The position numbers and the translations under genes were made by a program. From Podarcis bocagei (lineage: Eukaryota), in NCBI GenBank assembly GCA_964188305.1, contig OZ076894.1: a DNA stretch of 64,000 nucleotides; one strand, 5' to 3'. Under the pieces are notes generated by a model. The model had not been told where the DNA came from and made no database searches. It worked only from the letters and a program-made list of their open reading frames with translations. Below are positions 60,300-64,000 of this stretch, in pieces. Positions within the stretch are counted from its first letter, which is position 1. Each line of letters begins with the position of its first letter.

Positions 60300-60605
60300 G
60301 ATACTGTCTTACACTGAGTCAGGTCCCTGGTCCATTTAACTTAGTACTGTCTACACTAACTGGTAGCAACTGTCCAGGATTTCAGACTGGAGTCTTTTCC
60401 AACCCTGCCCTTTTAACAAACAAACAAAAAAGGTATTATGAATCTGTGTTGATGTTTTTAATCCAAGTTGCTCAGAGACCTTTGAGTAACTTAACCACTA
60501 ACAACCCCAAAAAACACCTTCACCACCATATACCTGGAGATGCTGGGATTTGAAACTGAGACGTCCTGCATGCAAAGCAGATAGTCTACCACTAAGCTAT
60601 GAGCC
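60300..60605 (-). mobile_element. Squam3-like SINE split by about 120 bp of unrelated sequence (60410-60530)
   Basis: Body CTTACACTGAGTCAGG...TGGTCCATTTAAC...TTTCAGAC at 60309-60405 and head TACCTGGAGATGCTGGGATTTGAA...TGCATGCAAAGCAGAT...CTACCACTAAGCTA at 60531-60600. Confidence 0.75.
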
Positions 60606-61996
60606 TATGCTGGATTTAGCGTTAAACATTCAGAATGACAGAAAGCTCTGCTTTGGGACATGAAAGGTCCCACTTAGCCAGGGCAGGAACACCATTATTT
60701 TCATTCAACTTGCCTTGATGTTTTTCACTTTCACCCTGTAAAGTACATCTTGCTCTGGCTGCAGTGGTAACACAGTGAATCCCTGGTTTTCTTGAAGAGT
60801 ACATTTCCAATACCACCTGGAATCAAGTTTTATTAATCCTTCCTCACCTACCATCCAATATGGTTATGAGTAGTAATTAGTTAATGTTTGTACAGCACTT
60901 TGAAGCTGTAATGCCCTATTAGGTTCTAGTCTGCGCCTGATGCATGAGCAGAGCTCCCATTAATGTTAATGGAGGTTACAGGCGCTTCTCAAGCGGAGAA
61001 TATCTGTGCGGAGAATAATTATACTTATTAGCGCATTTCACAATATTATTTGATCAGACTTTTGTAATTTAACTTAATTGTTTTTCCTTAAATATAACTT
61101 ACTGAAATTAAACTTATGGTTAATTCTGAATCGTCTAACAAGCAAGATGCAACCTGCCTGGTAAACTCGCAGCGAGGAAGGGAAAAAACTTCAGCTTTCC
61201 CCTCCCCCTGAGTCTTCATGTTTTCATTGTGCTACTTTTCTGTCCAGAGAATTGTGAGTTTCCATATTATGCAACCGGCAGGATACCTTTCTGGCTAAGA
61301 AAGCAGGCGTGCAACACCTAGTCCAAATCATATTTGATTACCGCTAATTATAGTGCTGTCATATAGAAGGGGAGAGCAAGACGGCTGGCTTTGTCAAATC
61401 ACAATGAAATAACCTGCTGTCTGTCTGCTGACTTAATAGCTTTAATTGCCAGTGAATAATCAAGATCTGGTGGATGTGTTTGAACATATCAGCAGGCACC
61501 AAATATTTCAATTAAGACCAGGTTGTGTAACTCCTTTTTCTGTGGTTGGAACAGTTCAGAAGAAGTTCTGAAGCTCACAAAGGAGGACTTGTGATAGCCG
61601 GCTGGGCCTTGAAGCTTTTCTCATCAAAGCAACCTTCTCTAGGCCAAGCAATATTCAGGGATATTTTTAAGATTGTCAAATCTTGACGCCAGGACCCTTA
61701 CCTTAGTCCTGTTAGCATTGCCCACCCCTACTAATCATAAGGGTGAGATTTGTGTCTTCCACTTGATTTTACATATTTGGTTGCACAATTTCAACTCCCA
61801 TTAGTCTCCCACGAAACAAAATGGAAGAGGATTAGGCATAATTACAACTTGGAACAAAAATTTTTAACTGTCTCACCAGAGCTACTGAAAATTAAATGTG
61901 GATCTAAAGAGGAGGATAGTTGTCAGAAAACACAACCGACAATCTTGTGGGGCAAACTTGTTTCCATTAGGTAACCCCAATGCAAAATCTTCGTTT

Positions 61997-62125
61997 GGTG
62001 TAGTGGTAAGTGTGTTGGACCAGGCCTGGGAGAGCAGGGTTCAGATCCCCATTGGGCCATGAAGCTCACTGGGTGACTTTGGGCTAGTCACTATCTCTCA
62101 GCCTAAACTACCTCACAGGGTAGTA
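61997..62125 (+). mobile_element. MIR-like/CORE-type tRNA SINE fragment
   Basis: GGTGTAGTGG A-box, GGTTCAGATCC B-box, core GGGTGACTTTGGGCTAGTCACTATCTCTCAGCCT...ACCTCACAGGG. Confidence 0.75.
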
Positions 62126-62887
62126 AATAGCATGGAGGAGTGTGTGCACACCACCTTCAAATACAATAATAATATGGGGGGGGGGCACTGGGATGCACTT
62201 GTGTTCAGATTCAAATGCCTTTGAGAAACAACTGCCCTCCACCAAACCACTATTTCTTTTCTCCAGGCAGACTTGACATTATGTTCCTTACACCACTGCT
62301 GAAAAGCAGGATTTGTCCTTGAATATCTAAACTCCATCCTGAACAAAGCTTCTATCAAAGAACCTTATTTCATCTTTGAAGGCATTTTTTCTCAGGGGTT
62401 TAATGGCTATTTGATCAAGCCATTACCAGCTACAGAAGACATAGAGCATATTCTTGTGATACAATCCCCTTGGCCTCCTGTTCTCTTTCTCTCCCATCCA
62501 CTCAGGATAGATGCAGCAGCTCATTCAGATGCACCCCCCACCACCATAGGAATTTAAAGAACATCTTGTGTGATTCTTTTATATTATAATTACATTTCTT
62601 CAAATAAAAAAATATATATACCCTTGAAGAACTTTCACAAAGCTTTTCTCCTGTTGGGGCGTATCAGTTCCCAATTAACCTTGCTCATTAAATCTCGACA
62701 ATGATACTACAGAATGGTGCCTTCTCACACTTTATTATATCGCAGGTTCATCCAGGCACATGTTTTTTGGAAGCGAGTTCCATTGAAATCCATGAGACTT
62801 GCAGCAAAATCACATCCACAGCTCTAGCTGCCGTGGCATCAGCATGCTGAGTGAGATCTGTGGGGGAAATTTGCCTCCTTTTGCTAA

Positions 62888-63070
62888 GGGCTCATCCAGA
62901 CTCTCTTTTGTGCCACATTTCTAGCACATTTCTGTGCTTGTCCAAGCAATCCATGGAAAACCTCAATTGGCGTTTGTTCATATAAAGCACTAAAGAGTGG
63001 GTTTTCATGGTGAAAGCGCTGGGGGCGGGGGAAGTACGGTACTTGGACATGGCACTTTAGGGATGAGCCC
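62888..63070. mobile_element. PIF/Harbinger-type MITE
   Basis: TAA|GGGCTCATCC ... GGATGAGCCC|TAA: 10-bp TIR with 3-bp TAA duplication. Confidence 0.75.
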
Positions 63071-63132
63071 TAAATGGCAAGAGGATCCACTCCTCCTTCA
63101 CTGTAGTTCCTGACCATCATAAGATCACAGGA

Positions 63133-63225
63133 GGGACCATAGCTCAACTTGTGCGTTGCATGCAGAAGGCACAAGTTCAATCCTTGACATCTCCAGTTAA
63201 AAAGAGCAGGTAGCAGGTGGTGGAA
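63133..63225 (+). mobile_element. Squam3-like SINE head
   Basis: GGGACCATAGCTCA...TGCATGCAGAAGGCACAAGTTCAATCCTTGACATCTCCAGTT. Confidence 0.65.
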
Positions 63226-64000
63226 AATACTTCAGATACATCTCAGTGTCCAGCCCTACTCATACCTGTGGCCTGCTGTCTCAGAGGAAGAAGAGGAATA
63301 CAGTGAGAAGACCTCCACCATAGCACCATCAGATCCAGAGATCCCTGACCCAGGACTGGATGTCTCCACATCAGTTACCTGGGTTCCTAGCCCCCTCTCT
63401 CAAGCTACCTTCCATACCATTAGCACAGAGCCACAGGAGTAGAAGAAGTGACAAACCAGGCAGGAGCTTCTGGGCCATCAGCTATGCAGCCAGCAGGTGT
63501 CTTTTCAGGATTCATCACTAAAATGCTGCATTTTAGAGTAATTATACCTTCAGGTTCATGCTGCACACCCATGCAACCACTTCTGGTGCATGAACAGGCC
63601 CTACTGTTACCACAACTGCTGGACAAGCGTGGTTGTTTGCTCCCTGAGCGTTAGCAGCAGCTAGATTCTGTCCCTATGTCTGGAATAAATATTGGTATTT
63701 TTCTATGTAAAGCTGATATATGCTAACAATCGCTGAAATTGGCAGCTCTGTTTTGTTGATCACATTATTTCAACATTCCTGTTGCTGATTTCTGTCCCAA
63801 CAAGGGAGCTATTATTCTTCACATGTTTTGTACATTTCCATAAATCTTTATTTTTTCTTAGCCTTCAGTGGCACAGTCTTTGAAGTCCTGCTCATTCTGT
63901 AAACAAGGTTAAGTTGCCCTTATTTTAAACATAACTATTTCTATTCCTTATTATATTTTCTCAGGAAAGGCAAGTTTGCATCAGAATGCTCCCAGGGCAA

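Noticed and set aside
1-64000. CRISPR arrays, operons, rRNA genes or other prokaryote-type systems
   Set aside because: The sequence is vertebrate non-coding DNA. No regularly spaced repeat-spacer array or dense coding structure was seen.

Overview
Non-coding vertebrate genomic DNA, intron-like or intergenic. The repeat content (Bov-B RTE LINEs, Squam3-like and tRNA/CR1-tail SINEs, a Penelope-type fold-back, many hAT, mariner and Harbinger MITEs) points to a squamate reptile, probably a lacertid lizard; this is inference. No intact protein-coding gene is supportable. The only recognisable gene sequence is a decayed processed pseudogene of ERH (452-1332). Most notable structures: (1) a perfect 92-bp-arm palindrome at 47862-48046, flanked by a TSD, with a minimal type I hammerhead ribozyme motif on each strand; (2) a 761-bp CpG-rich LTR-like insert (15320-16080) flanked by a perfect 165-bp duplication instead of a short TSD; (3) two hAT MITEs that lost the right TIR but kept the TSD; (4) a candidate 39/44-nt cassette exon and several enhancer-like segments. 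I found no clearly new multi-component biological system. Repeat family names come from recognition, not from database searches.
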